From positions 372,001 to 436,000 of the forward strand of contig VRMN01000003.1 of NCBI GenBank assembly GCA_008690995.1: a stretch of 64,000 bases of DNA, in the 5' to 3' direction. The notes beneath the pieces were generated by a model, which was not told the origin of the DNA, made no database searches, and saw only the letters and a list, made by a program, of their open reading frames with translations. Positions 50,101 to 61,720 of this stretch are shown in pieces. Numbering within the stretch: the stretch's first letter is position 1; every line of letters begins with the position of its first letter. The stretch comes from Porphyridium purpureum (Eukaryota). The position numbers were made by a program, and so were the translations under genes.

Positions 50101-51018
50101 TAGAGCGCCAACGCGGATTGGCATTGTGGCATCCAATGGCACCTCTAATACGGAGCCAGTCACGGCGGAGGGGTACGTCACCGCAGCGCACCACAAAAGC
50201 ACGCCAACCCCGACACAGCTTTCGAATCGCGGCACCGCAGATCCCGCGTGCGGCCCGATGTACGGAACGGGTAAGTTTTTTGTCGGCCTATTTATAGTAT
50301 GTAAGCCGTCGAAAACCGCGTCTTTTTTGTATAAACGATTTCACGTGCACCCCACGAGCAACATGCACAAAACGCACATTTTGAAAGGCTTCGCGCTCCA
50401 CGCCGGCCACTTTGGGCGCAGATTACCGCGCAGCTTTGGTGTCTGAGCGCACGCACCTCGTTTACTAAGCGACAGCGGCGCGGCTGTCCGTTTGATGCAA
50501 AACAGGGCCGTTTTCGCAGGGAGGCAAACGATCGACTTCCGCCTCACGACAGACAGCCAAAAAAAAAACCAGCAATCCGCAGCGTATTTGAAGGAGACGC
50601 TTCACGCCGGTTCTGCTACGGCAACAGAGGACGTCGGCTCGTGACTTTGGTCTGCAGCAGAGGAAAGGAGAGGGTGTGTGGGCAAAGACGAGACCAGGTA
50701 TTCACGTGTGTGCTCGGCTTGGTGTCCTTGGTTGTGTTCATTTGGGTGTGTGGAAGAGCTTTCTCAGCTCTCACCGGGCGACAGGCTTTATCTTGACTTA
50801 GCATGAGCAGGCTGCTGAAACTGTGGAAGGCGCGCAAATTCAATAGCGCCGGTCTGTGAGGAGGCGACGCCGGGCCGTCAAGGTTTGCTCGAGATCATTA
50901 GGAAGTTCCGCGTTAGGTGGGGCTCTTGTGAGGCGTTCGTGGTCGCTCGCGAGGAGCGGAGACTACCACAACAGAGCGAGCAGAGCCGCCTCGTGCACCA
51001 CGCATCTTGTCAGTCAAC

Positions 51019-51561
51019 ATGGGAGCGACAGAACTCAACATGTCTGCGTCCGACGCGGCGTCGGAGATTGTGAAGGTGAAGGAAAGGGTGAATCAGGATG
51101 CAGTCCAAGGAAATGACAAGGATCGGACACGCGACCGAAACCGCGCCAAGGCGGCGCGCTTTCGAGCGAGGAAGCGAGCAGAGCTTGAATCGCATATCTC
51201 AAAGTACATGACAGTCCAGCGCGAAAATGCCTCGTTACGTGCACAGATTCTCGAGATGGAGTTACGCATGACTGAGATGCAGCATATTCTTGAGAATGGG
51301 AGGTCGAGTCAGAAGCCAGAGCAACAGGAACAGCCGCAGACGGCTCAGTCAACACCTTCGAGCTCACACGGCTCAACGACGGAATACTGCATGAGCGAAG
51401 ATCTCGACTTTTTCATGCCGGAAGGGACTGATTGGTCAACGAGCGACGCCATGTCGAGGTCGGACCAGATGGTCAATCTGGGGCCTGAGATCCCAGAGGA
51501 CGAAGCAGAGACCGAGGACGAGGGAGATGATGTGATGGGATTCTGGTTCGGTCCTCGTTGA
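51019..51561 (+). CDS. bZIP transcription factor
   Basis: Basic region RDRNRAKAARFRARKR followed by a heptad pattern L..HI..Y..V..EN..L..QI..M. Confidence 0.88.
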   Translation: MGATELNMSASDAASEIVKVKERVNQDAVQGNDKDRTRDRNRAKAARFRARKRAELESHISKYMTVQRENASLRAQILEMELRMTEMQHILENGRSSQKPEQQEQPQTAQSTPSSSHGSTTEYCMSEDLDFFMPEGTDWSTSDAMSRSDQMVNLGPEIPEDEAETEDEGDDVMGFWFGPR

Positions 51562-51702
51562 GATTTTTCGTTGACGGGATGTTGCGATGGATGAAACGCA
51601 ACGCACACTTGGCTTCTGTTTCCCCGCACCTTTCTTGACTACCCGGCGGAATAAAATGGATGTTACAAAGGAACAAGTTTATTTCGGAGCACGTGCTGCT
51701 AC

Positions 51703-52215
51703 TCAATGGGGCTTCGGGACATGGCCATCCACAGCCATGTTGCGCGTCGCACTCGGTAGTCTGAGTTCCATACCGTCGAGTTCCGGCGTGGCTATTATTT
51801 GGCAACCCAACCGAGAGTTTTCCTTGAGTCCAAATGCAAGGTCGAGCATGTCGTTTTCATCGTCGCATGGCTCTTTCAACTTTGTAAAATTCTTGTCGTC
51901 CACGTACACATGGCAGGTTGAACACGCGAGGGATCCTTCGCACGCTCCCTCCAGGTCAATATCGTTGCGGTGGGCGACCTGGAGCATATTTGCGCCCAAT
52001 GGTGCCTTGACTTCTATCCGCCGCTGGTCGCGGTCTATAAAGTAAACCGTGATTGCGCGCGACTCGTCGTAAGGCTCATTTCCGTGTGCCCGGCGCCAGG
52101 TGCGAGTGTGGTTGGAGGCCAGGTTGCTCGCCGGAGCCAAGGGCGCCGCCCATGTTCTTCCCCAAGGCAAACGACAGGAGTTTCCCAGCGGCCGCAGAAG
52201 AGCTGATGCGCGCAT
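51703..52215 (-). CDS. Mitochondrial [2Fe-2S] ferredoxin (adrenodoxin/Yah1 type)
   Basis: LEGACEGSLACSTCHV, ENDMLDLAFGL..NSRLGCQI, LPSATRNMAVDG; R-rich presequence. Confidence 0.95.
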   Translation of the reverse strand: MRASALLRPLGNSCRLPWGRTWAAPLAPASNLASNHTRTWRRAHGNEPYDESRAITVYFIDRDQRRIEVKAPLGANMLQVAHRNDIDLEGACEGSLACSTCHVYVDDKNFTKLKEPCDDENDMLDLAFGLKENSRLGCQIIATPELDGMELRLPSATRNMAVDGHVPKPH

Positions 52216-53090
52216 TGTTCTGTGTCGCAGTCGCCACGTGCACGGGCACAGCAAGGTGATGAGGCGGAAGATTGCTGTCGGCGGCCGTCTCGGCGCACTT
52301 GCCCCAGCACGGCGCGGACGCGCAATTTCTCTTAGAAAAAATGAAATAAATACGGGGACGGGAAAGAAATTACCACAGAAATTCCTGCGGGGAGGTTGTG
52401 TTTTCCCTTACCTGCAGCGTCAAACAAAATTCAAACGTTTGAAAGTAACGGCACCCCGCACATAACCGTCACATTCGTGCGTCACACAAAAGAGAGACGC
52501 GCGCAGCATCGCGCTCGGAGCTTGGCACGCGCCGAGATCCGATCCATTCCTCTGCAACCCGCAACGGTCGTTTCCATGCAGAGCGCAGAGCAGACTTGTA
52601 AGGAAAATGGGGAAATACTTGTGCATGCAAGGTTGGTCCCGTCGAACATATTGATCCTCGCCACTTGACCAGCCTCCTTGACATCATTTCTTGTTTGGTT
52701 CTGACCGTGCGTGAAGAATCGACCCAGCCACCTTGCCACAGAGTCGTCTAACTTATGGAATGTCCGCGCTGGTGTGTGCGAGCGCGTTTTATAAACATCA
52801 CAGCTGTGCTGCAGGAGTTTAGCGCAGTGCCTGCGGAAAGGGAAGCCAGAGGATATGGTTGGACAGACGCTGCTTGAGCTTCGAGTAGGAGAGCGCGCGT
52901 ATCCACTACCGCGTCGCCGGGAAGGCAGGACGACGCCGAGCGAGACAAAGAAGCTGGAGGCTTGATCACAGCAATTCCGCACTTGGAGCACAGAGCATCA
53001 ACTTGGGGAGCAGATATCCAACATTGCTTTCAACCAGGGCTTGAAGTACTTTTTGCCTAATCTAACCCGTATCGCGTCGCGCGGTCAACG

Positions 53091-54737
53091 ATGAGCACCG
53101 AAAAGGGCAAGAATGTGGCGAGTCGGGTCGGGCCGTACCTGATCCTCGGCACCATCTCCGAAGGATCGCAAGGCAAGGTGAAGCGCGCGACGCACATTGA
53201 ATCTGGGGAACCTGCCGCCGTGAAGATTATGGAAAAGTCAGAGCTCGTCGAGCGCGAATTGACAAAAAACGTGCGCCGTGAAATCATCATTATGCGCGCA
53301 CTGAGTCATCCTCACATTGTGAGACTCAAGGAGGTGCTATCGTCCAGTTCAAAAATTTACCTAGTCATGGAGCTGGTGGTAGGCGGTGAGCTGACGCGCT
53401 TCATCAGCGATGTTGCAAAGCGACAGGATTGGGAGCTGATGAGAAAATGGTTCCGGCAGATCGTTGATGCGCTAGAGTACTGCCATCGTCGCGGCGTGTG
53501 CCACCGTGACCTGAAACCTGAAAATATTCTGATTGACGACAATGACAACATCAAGATCACCGATTTCGGCGTCGCCGGGATACGGCAGAACGTGCAGTCC
53601 GACAGCGGACTTGCGCACACGACGTGCGGGTCGCCATTCTTCGTTGCGCCCGAGGTGCTTTCTGGACAAGGCTACGTGGGTATGAAGGCCGACTCGTGGT
53701 CCTTGGGCGTGCTCCTCTACCTGATGGTTTTCGGAGTACTGCCCTTCATGGCAAATGACATGGCTGGTTTGTACCAGCAATTGCTGCACGGCCGCGTGGT
53801 TTTCCCAAGGCAAGCACCCATGGAGGTTATGGACCTCATCCTGCGTCTGCTGGAAAGGGTTCCCGAGCATCGGCTGTCCATGAGTGAAATCAAGGAGCAC
53901 CCGTGGTTTCTGGGCACCAATGTCACGGACATGGAGGCTGCTGCAAAGTGCAATGAACAATCACAGGGCAAAGGCCCCGGCAGGGCGCCATTTCGAAGAA
54001 AGGTATTGGAGAACAACGACAGCCCGCCGAACACAGACGGCACGGGCAAAAAACGGACCAGCAGAATAGGGTTGCTGCTTGCTCGTAGCGGCAGCGGCGG
54101 CAGTGCAAACGCGACGATGAGCCGACAAGGTTCATCCAATGCGAGTGATAACAGTGCATTCACTGAGGATTCAGAATGCAACGAAAATGTGGAACGCACG
54201 AATATGAGCAATGCGGCCGCATCTGCCGTAGACAATGCGAAGCGTACCATGAAACGACTGTCTTCTTCAAGACGCGGCCGCGCACCAGTCACATCAAAGA
54301 GCGCGTCCCCGCTGAGCAACTTACCTTCTGGAGACTCAAGCTTCGAGCTCGCACAGGTAAGCCAACACCAACAACTGCGCGGCATTTTGCGAAACCGTTC
54401 GGCGCATGTTGCGGATTGTTCGCCGCCCTCTCACCAAACACTAGAACGCTCGGGCAGCTCCATAGCGGAAGAAGGCTGGCCACGAGATTTGCGCGCGACC
54501 TATGCGGGCAAATCCTTGCACGACTTTATCGCAGAGGCGCTTCCAGGCAAACCGGAACACAAGATCGCGGAGGTGGTGCAAAAGCTGACGGATGCGGACG
54601 TTGACTGCGTTTACGACTTGCAGGTTGTTGCTGAAACAAGCAAGACCTCACGCGCCACTCGCGGCTGGCTTGAGAGCAAGGTTGGACTCCCAGAAGTGAC
54701 AGCGATGCGTATTGCGCGCATGTTTGCATCAGAATGA
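53091..54737 (+). CDS. SNF1/CIPK-like (CAMKL) Ser/Thr kinase with a small helical C-terminal domain
   Basis: AAVKIMEK, REIIIMRALSHPHIVRLKEVL, YCHRRGVCHRDLKPENIL, DFG, TTCGSPFFVAPEV, ADSWSLGV. Confidence 0.93.
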   Translation: MSTEKGKNVASRVGPYLILGTISEGSQGKVKRATHIESGEPAAVKIMEKSELVERELTKNVRREIIIMRALSHPHIVRLKEVLSSSSKIYLVMELVVGGELTRFISDVAKRQDWELMRKWFRQIVDALEYCHRRGVCHRDLKPENILIDDNDNIKITDFGVAGIRQNVQSDSGLAHTTCGSPFFVAPEVLSGQGYVGMKADSWSLGVLLYLMVFGVLPFMANDMAGLYQQLLHGRVVFPRQAPMEVMDLILRLLERVPEHRLSMSEIKEHPWFLGTNVTDMEAAAKCNEQSQGKGPGRAPFRRKVLENNDSPPNTDGTGKKRTSRIGLLLARSGSGGSANATMSRQGSSNASDNSAFTEDSECNENVERTNMSNAAASAVDNAKRTMKRLSSSRRGRAPVTSKSASPLSNLPSGDSSFELAQVSQHQQLRGILRNRSAHVADCSPPSHQTLERSGSSIAEEGWPRDLRATYAGKSLHDFIAEALPGKPEHKIAEVVQKLTDADVDCVYDLQVVAETSKTSRATRGWLESKVGLPEVTAMRIARMFASE

Positions 54738-56762
54738 AAGAACAAGCTATTTTTATATCTTTGAATTCGGAACTTGCGGAGTTCTGCGATAGAGGCCCTG
54801 TGGAGCGCACGGAGCTTTTCTGGCGCGTGCCGTGCCCACTTCCCAAGAAAGCTGCCCGTATGCACGCTGCGCGCTCTCTGCACCTGTTGAAAGCTGGAGC
54901 ATGAGGAATTTCAGGCGCAGTCCGCGAAATGCGCGGGCCCAAAAATTGTTTTGCTGGGGCTGAACCCGCGTACCTATGCGTCAAATGTCTTTCTCACCGG
55001 ACTTGTCCGAACTAAGCTATTGCCTTGGTCGCAACCACAATGTGCTGAACGACATGATCTTGGAGGCGCGTGATGCAGACGCGCGTTGTAAACACGAGTG
55101 CGAGAACGGCGCCAATCCCGACTCTTGGAGCGACCGCTCCGTGCTGAATCCGACAAACTGTCCTTGGACTCGAGCGGCATGGCCAAATCGTCCTCTTTAT
55201 CTGTCACGATTCCGTCGCTCCATGCCCGCGTTTGCTCGCACATACTTGGCTTCGAACTGCTGGTGTCGCTCAAACAGTATTCCATGAAGAAAGCTGCCAT
55301 CTCCCATGCTCCTAAGCGGCGCTCGCGCTTGGCACCCGTGCAAGTCTTTCCACCTTCCTACACGCTCTTGTTTTGTACTCCCAAACAACCTCCATCAATC
55401 TTTGCACCGGCGTGGCAGCGGAAAGTATGAGGGGCGGCAGAGGAGACGCGCCGAACGGCGTGGCTGTGGCGGCTGCGAAGAGAATATCTGGAATGTTTGC
55501 TGGCGTACGATTTGATGACGCATCCCCACTGACCACTCCTCCCCGTGCCAGACCGCACGCGTCTGGAAACTGGCGGATGGTTCGACTTCTCGCCCACGCG
55601 CGGAAGGGTTTACAGCACGCAGGGTTTTTAGGTCGATCTCAGTATCAAGAAATAACCTGCACACTGAATTTCGACCGCGAGGATTGTTTGGCGACTTGCG
55701 GGTGATCGAATTTTTCGATCATATTTCCTGTGGTCGCTGTTTGTGGTGTCTTGGTCAGCAGCGCGGCGATCCTCAAGATCGATCGCGCTTGCGTCATGAG
55801 GATCAATCAAGCGTGCGCCATCATGTGTTACAGAGCCGTGACTCTAACGCACCCGGTAGGTCCCCTCGGCAATCGACTCTTCACCCGCTTGCCGACGCTC
55901 CAACCTGTATTTCCACTCACGACAAACACTCTTCGCCTAACTTAAACTATCGCAGCCGCCGCAGACGTTTCTGAGATGTCATGCTTGTACGATTCTCCCA
56001 TGCTGTCACGTCTCTGACTAGTATTGGCTGGATACGGTTTACCTAGCTCGCGCACACAGCATAACATCATGGCCACGTCAATACCCTACAGTAGGGTCAA
56101 ATCCGTGTCGGCCTTCCGGTTGCGCAGCGTCAAAGGACACACGTAGCGCAATGCGATTTATGACTAGGGCAAGGCAAAGTGATTGGCTGCTTCAACCCCC
56201 AGACCGCTTTCCGATCCTTACATATCGTGTTGTCCGCGTATTCTCTCTGCCATTTACATGTGAGCCCCGAATGTCGCCCATTTGACCATTGCTCGCAAGC
56301 ACGGCCACCTTTGTCTCTTGGCAAGCATGTTGTGTTGGCATTTAGCGCGGACTAGAGCGCATCTCTTCACCATGGGTTGCAGCAGCAGCGGGTGGGCGCG
56401 AGCGTAGAACATGTCCCGCTTGGTGTCTTCCTTCAACCACATAAAGTCTTTCGCCATCGAGCGGCCTGTGCGATTCGCTTCCTTGTGCGGGCATTCTGCC
56501 TCCTAAGATGCTGCTGGCTGCTCTCGCGGCGAATCACAAGAGCGCGAGGGATCAACGAGAACTGCCGTGCAGGATCCTACAAAAACACGTCCTACACAAA
56601 GAGTGCCCAGGCGCTTCAAGGTTAAAATTTTATTACAGTTAGCTGTCAGTGCACTAAATATCTGCGCAAGCGTGGTGCAAATGAGTCTTCTTGAACAAAA
56701 GACCGAATGCTGGTGAACGCGATAGCCTGCGGCCGTTTGTGTCAGAGACATTAAAACCACGG

Positions 56763-57860
56763 TCACCCACGAAGGCGCGCTATATACTGAGTGAAATCAA
56801 TTGCAATTGACGAAAACTTGTCTGTCAGTGGCGCAAGGTCCAGTGACTCCATCTTATGTGTACTCTGACTTCGTCTTTGCCGTTGCGTCTGCGCTTCTCG
56901 TTTGTGCCCTTTCTGCTGGATCGCCCGCTCGGCCATCAATACTTCCAAAAACTCGGCAACTTGCCTTGCTGCCGGGCGCAGCGCCGGGTCCCGGTTCAAC
57001 AGAGCTTTGATCAGGGTCTTGGCGTCCGGTGTCACGCGCTCCCACACCGGGTGCGCAAACGACACCTCCGCGCGACAGATATCTGCCGCCACTTCATCGT
57101 GCGTCTCGCCACTAAATGGGTACTCACCGCAGATCAGCGCAAACGCCATCACACCAACCGCCCACATATCGGCCCGAAACGCGTCGTACGACGCAATTCG
57201 CTGCACAACCTCCGGCGCTTGATACTTCAGCGTCCCGGGGAACTGGCGGCGCTCGCCAATGTCCTCCATGTCACCAACCTTGCATGCAAAGCCAAAGTCA
57301 ATCAGTTTCGCTTGGAACGAGGACGGTTCGAGCAGCACATTTTCCAGCTTGACGTCTCTGTGCGCAATGCCGCGCGCGTGGATCGCCGCCAGCGCCTCGA
57401 CAACGTCGCTGCAAATCAGCAGGATCTCATTCTCGGTGAACGTGCGCGCTGCGGCCACATCAAAGAGATCCTTTCCTTCCACAAGTTCGGTCACCACGTA
57501 GTAGTACAATGAATCTTCGAACCATTGGATGATGCGCAGCACATTCTCGTGCGCGACGTCGCAGAGGATCTTCACCTCTGCCTTGACATGTGCGCGTTGG
57601 GCCGCGCCAGCTTTGCCGGAAAGCTTACGGAGCATTTTGACTGCAACCTTGCCCCGCGGACCAACGGCACTAAACACTGCGCCTTGTCCGCCCTGACCAA
57701 TAATCTTGCACAAAGTGATTCCATATTTTGCCAAGGTCCTATTTCGGGCTTGGGCCACACCGTCAAGCGCGGAAAGTGACACACCGTCCCTTTGCGCCAG
57801 AAGGTGCACATCGCCAGAGGCCTGGCGTCTCTGGTGCGAACGAGAATCGTGGCTCGCCAT
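56763..57860 (-). CDS. CAMK-group Ser/Thr kinase, copy A of an inverted pair
   Basis: IGQGGQGAV, VAVK, HRDVKLEN, DFG, FPGTLKYQAPE, DMWAVGV. Start taken at MASHDS. Confidence 0.92.
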   Translation of the reverse strand: MASHDSRSHQRRQASGDVHLLAQRDGVSLSALDGVAQARNRTLAKYGITLCKIIGQGGQGAVFSAVGPRGKVAVKMLRKLSGKAGAAQRAHVKAEVKILCDVAHENVLRIIQWFEDSLYYYVVTELVEGKDLFDVAAARTFTENEILLICSDVVEALAAIHARGIAHRDVKLENVLLEPSSFQAKLIDFGFACKVGDMEDIGERRQFPGTLKYQAPEVVQRIASYDAFRADMWAVGVMAFALICGEYPFSGETHDEVAADICRAEVSFAHPVWERVTPDAKTLIKALLNRDPALRPAARQVAEFLEVLMAERAIQQKGHKREAQTQRQRRSQSTHKMESLDLAPLTDKFSSIAIDFTQYIARLRG

Positions 57861-57977
57861 TCCCTTTCTGTCCGGTACTCGCCGTGTCAGGTTGTTCCTT
57901 GACTTTGTTTTCTCTGATGCTCTTCGCAGCCGTCCGTGCCTCGACAACGTAGTGCTTCAGCGTTGAGGAGCACCCCA

Positions 57978-57983
57978 TTTATA
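57978..57983 (-). promoter_or_regulatory. Putative TATA box of kinase copy A
   Basis: CAAGGGCGTATAAA on the minus strand, about 120 nt upstream of the ATG; conserved at the same position in copy B. Confidence 0.55.
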
Positions 57984-59408
57984 CGCCCTTGAACCTGTAC
58001 AACGACGTTGAGTCGGCACCACGTCGCAACGACACAGAAGCCATGGAAAGCGACATCAAAAACCCGACACTCGTGCGTGATGGACGTTAGCCGATGTCAG
58101 TACACGATTTATGAGCAAATGGAACACATCCGAATTCCTGCAGAAGAACCTTCGATGTTTGCTATTGGTCCAGGGCACGCATAATCCTAAAGCGTTTCGA
58201 ATTCTAGAGCGTATGTCAGGCGGTCATGCTAACCATCGGAAGGTGACAGGGCGTTGTACTGTGTTCCTGCCTGTCTCCCTGTCCATTCACAGAACGGCAA
58301 ACACGCAGGTTACAGCGCATACCTGTTGGCGCAGGTTTGACACAGACTTCACATGAGCGGAAGTCTCGCCATCCGACACGTTGTTCGAGTATCGAGAGAG
58401 AGAGAGGGAGTCGAGTTCCCGATTTCGCGGACAAACGGCAAACAGCGCAAATGACCACAACGTACTTGTTTGTGGAGCATCCCTTTGCCTTACTGGCTGC
58501 TCCCAAACGCTTGAATCTCAGAACGCAAACATATTTTGCGGGCGGAACGCTCGATGAACTCTGTCGAAAGATGCATAACCCCTGTCACGTTCCAGCTTGA
58601 ATCGCGCGCAACGTGTGCGCCAGTTGTCTATAACGGCAGACCTGCTCTTTTGGTTCCAACCCTCTCGATCAAAGGCGGATGGCTCAAATTCAAACTGGGG
58701 TGCACCCGCCCATACACGTTTTTTTGTCGGAACTCAAGAACCATGCTTGCTGGCATACCCCTTTTTGAAGAAAACAAAACGCCCACCACCGAATTTGTTT
58801 CTACGCAGAGGGTTAAGCGTGTTTTCTAAAAAAAGATACGTGGCAAAACATGCCCAATTTATTGGATAACAAGCCACCAAGTCCAGTATCGAGCAAGGGA
58901 AAGACGACACAAAATGATGAAACGAAACCGGGACGCCCATGCTCCTTTTTTCGTGTCTGAGTGTGTAATTTGTGGCCCGAACGTGGAATTTTTGTAGTTG
59001 GGAGCGCGTGCATACGCGTTTGAGATGGTTGGTTGGTCATTACAGGACTGAGGCACGGTGAACGAACGTCGCTCGAATCTGACGGTGCGGGAGACTGCAA
59101 GATGCACGCGCTCAATATGTGGTTGGTCAACGTGCCAGATGGGCAGGAGGTGGGAGGGAAGGAGGGGGAATATTCGAATTTTGGAAGCGGCAAGCGGCAA
59201 GCGCGAAACCGGAGTGGCTGGCCATGCATGCAGTAGCTGCTTGTCGAGATAAACTGAGCAAGGCTGATTCACCTTTGCTACGGATTTCTATCGTGTGCGA
59301 TGGTATGACCAAAGCCCGTTTCTGCAAGGTACCGTCGCTCGCACTTGACACCGCGCACAGGTTGTGTCAAGCCGAATGGTATCATCAGCTTTCGCTCCAC
59401 GCAAGGGA

Positions 59409-59414
59409 TATAAA
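59409..59414 (+). promoter_or_regulatory. Putative TATA box of kinase copy B
   Basis: CAAGGGATATAAA about 120 nt upstream of ATG 59534; matches the element in copy A. Confidence 0.55.
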
Positions 59415-59533
59415 GGCACGGTGACGCCTCGTGCATTATGATTCAGGAGCAGGACGGTGTACGGCTGCAAAGTGCATCGGAGAAGACGAAGTCAAGGAAC
59501 AACCTGGCACAGCGAGTACCACACAGAAACGGA

Positions 59534-60697
59534 ATGGCGAGCCACGATACACGAACGCACCAGAGACGCCAGGCATCTGGCGATGTGCACCTTCTGGCGC
59601 AAAGGGACGTGGCGTCACTTTCCGAGCTTGAGGGCGTGGCCCAAGCCCGAAATAAGACCCTGGCAAAACATGGAATCACTTTGTCCAAGATTATTGGTCA
59701 GGGCGGACAAGGCGCAGTGTTTAGTGCCGTTGGTCCGCAGGGCAAGGTAGCAGTCAAAATGCTCCGTAAGCTTTCCGGCAAAGCTGGCGCGGCCCAACGC
59801 GCACATGTCAAGGCAGAGGTGAAGATCCTCTGCGACGTCGCGCACGAGAATGTGCTGCGCATCATCCAATGGTTCGAAGATTCATTGTACTACTACGTGG
59901 TGACCGAACTTGTGGAAGGAAAGGATCTCTTTGATGTGGCCGCAGCGCGCACGTTCACCGAGAATGAGATCCTGCTGATTTGCAGCGACGTTGCCGAGGC
60001 GCTGGCGGCGATCCACGCGCGCGGCATTGCGCACAGAGACGTCAAGCTGGAAAATGTGCTGCTCGAATCGTCCTCGTTCCAAGCGAAACTGATTGACTTT
60101 GGCTTTGCATGCAAGGTTGGTGACATGGAGGACATTGGCGAGCGCCGCCAGTTCCCCGGGACGCTGAAGTATCAAGCGCCGGAGGTTGTGCAGCGAATTG
60201 CGTCGTACGACGCGTTTCGGGCCGACATGTGGGCGGTTGGTGTGATGGCGTTTGCGCTGATCTGCGGTGAGTACCCATTTAGTGGCGCGACGCACGATGA
60301 AGTGACGGCAGATATCCGTCGCGCGGAGGTGTCGTTTGCGCACCCGGTGTGGGAGCGCGTGACGCCGGACGCCAAGACCCTGATCAAAGCTCTGTTGAAC
60401 CGGGACCCGGCGCTGCGCCCGGCAGCAAGGCAAGTTGCCCGGTTTTTGGAAATATTGATGGCCGAGCGGGTGATCCAGCTGAATGTGCACGAACAAAAAA
60501 CGCAGACGCAACCGCAACCGCAACCGCAAAGACGAAGTAAGAGTGCACGCAAGAGGGAGTCGCTGGACTTTGCGCCATTGACAAACAAATTTTCGTCAAT
60601 CGCAAACGAGTTGAGGCAGAATTGCGCACCTCCGGGCCTCACGATATCGCCGAGATTGGTAGGACTGTTCAACAGGCAAAACCTACCCGTCATATAG
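59534..60697 (+). CDS. CAMK-group Ser/Thr kinase, copy B of an inverted pair
   Basis: Same motifs as copy A with a different, longer C-terminal tail. An upstream in-frame ATG exists at 59438. Confidence 0.92.
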   Translation: MASHDTRTHQRRQASGDVHLLAQRDVASLSELEGVAQARNKTLAKHGITLSKIIGQGGQGAVFSAVGPQGKVAVKMLRKLSGKAGAAQRAHVKAEVKILCDVAHENVLRIIQWFEDSLYYYVVTELVEGKDLFDVAAARTFTENEILLICSDVAEALAAIHARGIAHRDVKLENVLLESSSFQAKLIDFGFACKVGDMEDIGERRQFPGTLKYQAPEVVQRIASYDAFRADMWAVGVMAFALICGEYPFSGATHDEVTADIRRAEVSFAHPVWERVTPDAKTLIKALLNRDPALRPAARQVARFLEILMAERVIQLNVHEQKTQTQPQPQPQRRSKSARKRESLDFAPLTNKFSSIANELRQNCAPPGLTISPRLVGLFNRQNLPVI

Positions 60698-60940
60698 GGT
60701 GATCCTTAGGATTCCTCTTGCGCAGCTCATGGACATAAAGAAAATATATAAATGGTACACCTGTATCTGCAATCACTCTCTCGCCCAGAGAGAGCGGGCC
60801 CCGTTCAATCACTTGGAACTCGGGACGCACAAGTTGAGGACCAAATCAAAATTGAACGGGCATCGTTTGAATCAGTGCACCTGGATCAGATGCGAAGACC
60901 GGATTCGTGATTGGCTTCCTGGCGGGGAGCCGAGTTGCGG

Positions 60941-61549
60941 ATGATTAACGCGCTGTATGTCTTTGGCCTCGCTGGCGACGTGCAGGTGGGGTTTGAGTGG
61001 CGTGCCGAGACGCAGGCAGCTGTGGTGAGCAACGTGAATACTAGTAGCGGTGTCGACCCGACGAACAAAAGGGCCTTGGGGCAGGCCACTTTTCCGGCGG
61101 GCTCGGCAGTAAAGACGTCGTCGTCCTCATCACCAGTCGAGCTGCCTCCTGCGGCAGGGGCGCGCGTTGGTCCGCTCATCAAGGTGGTACAAAAGTTCAA
61201 CCGCGAAATCCATGGCGGCGGGTTGCAGAGTATTGTGTTTCGCGCACCCATAAAAAACTTTGAGAATCGGATTGGCTCGAACGGTGTGAACAGCCTCGAA
61301 TGGGCCAAGGGCCCTGGATACTACGTGTCCTGTCGCTTCCTTGACCGCACTTGCGTCGCCGTGCAGGCTACCGAATTTTACGACGACCCGGAAGCGCTTT
61401 TGGAGGACTTTTCTGGCGCTGTCTTTGGCCTCTTGCTCGAGGGGGTTGAGCTTGACGATCTGAGCAAGAATGACAAGTTCATGTCTCTCTGGAATGATAT
61501 CAAGATCAAGTACGAGCTCGAACCAGGCGCTCTAATAGCAAATACTTAG
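60941..61549 (+). CDS. Uncharacterised 202-aa protein, possibly longin-like fold
   Basis: Clean ORF with genic codon usage. The N-terminal MINALYVFGLAG resembles the first strand of longin/adaptor small subunits. Family not established. Confidence 0.6.
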   Translation: MINALYVFGLAGDVQVGFEWRAETQAAVVSNVNTSSGVDPTNKRALGQATFPAGSAVKTSSSSSPVELPPAAGARVGPLIKVVQKFNREIHGGGLQSIVFRAPIKNFENRIGSNGVNSLEWAKGPGYYVSCRFLDRTCVAVQATEFYDDPEALLEDFSGAVFGLLLEGVELDDLSKNDKFMSLWNDIKIKYELEPGALIANT

Positions 61550-61720
61550 GTCTAATCATGCAATGGCACGAAATTGAGACATCTGGAATCATGCTTTGTT
61601 CATTTCGTTTGAATTCATCTTTGCCGCGTGGATCATCATAAAGTGAAAGGCGAAAGGAGAAAGAAAAAACATTTTAAGAAATGTGCCGTACGTTAAATGG
61701 CACACTGCGGGACATCTCCA

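Larger units (their letters stand above)
56790..60605. repeat. Inverted duplication: arms about 56790-57990 and 59402-60605, separated by a ~1.4-kb unique spacer
   Basis: The arms are reverse complements, nearly identical over the kinase core and more diverged toward the promoter and 3' ends. Confidence 0.95.
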
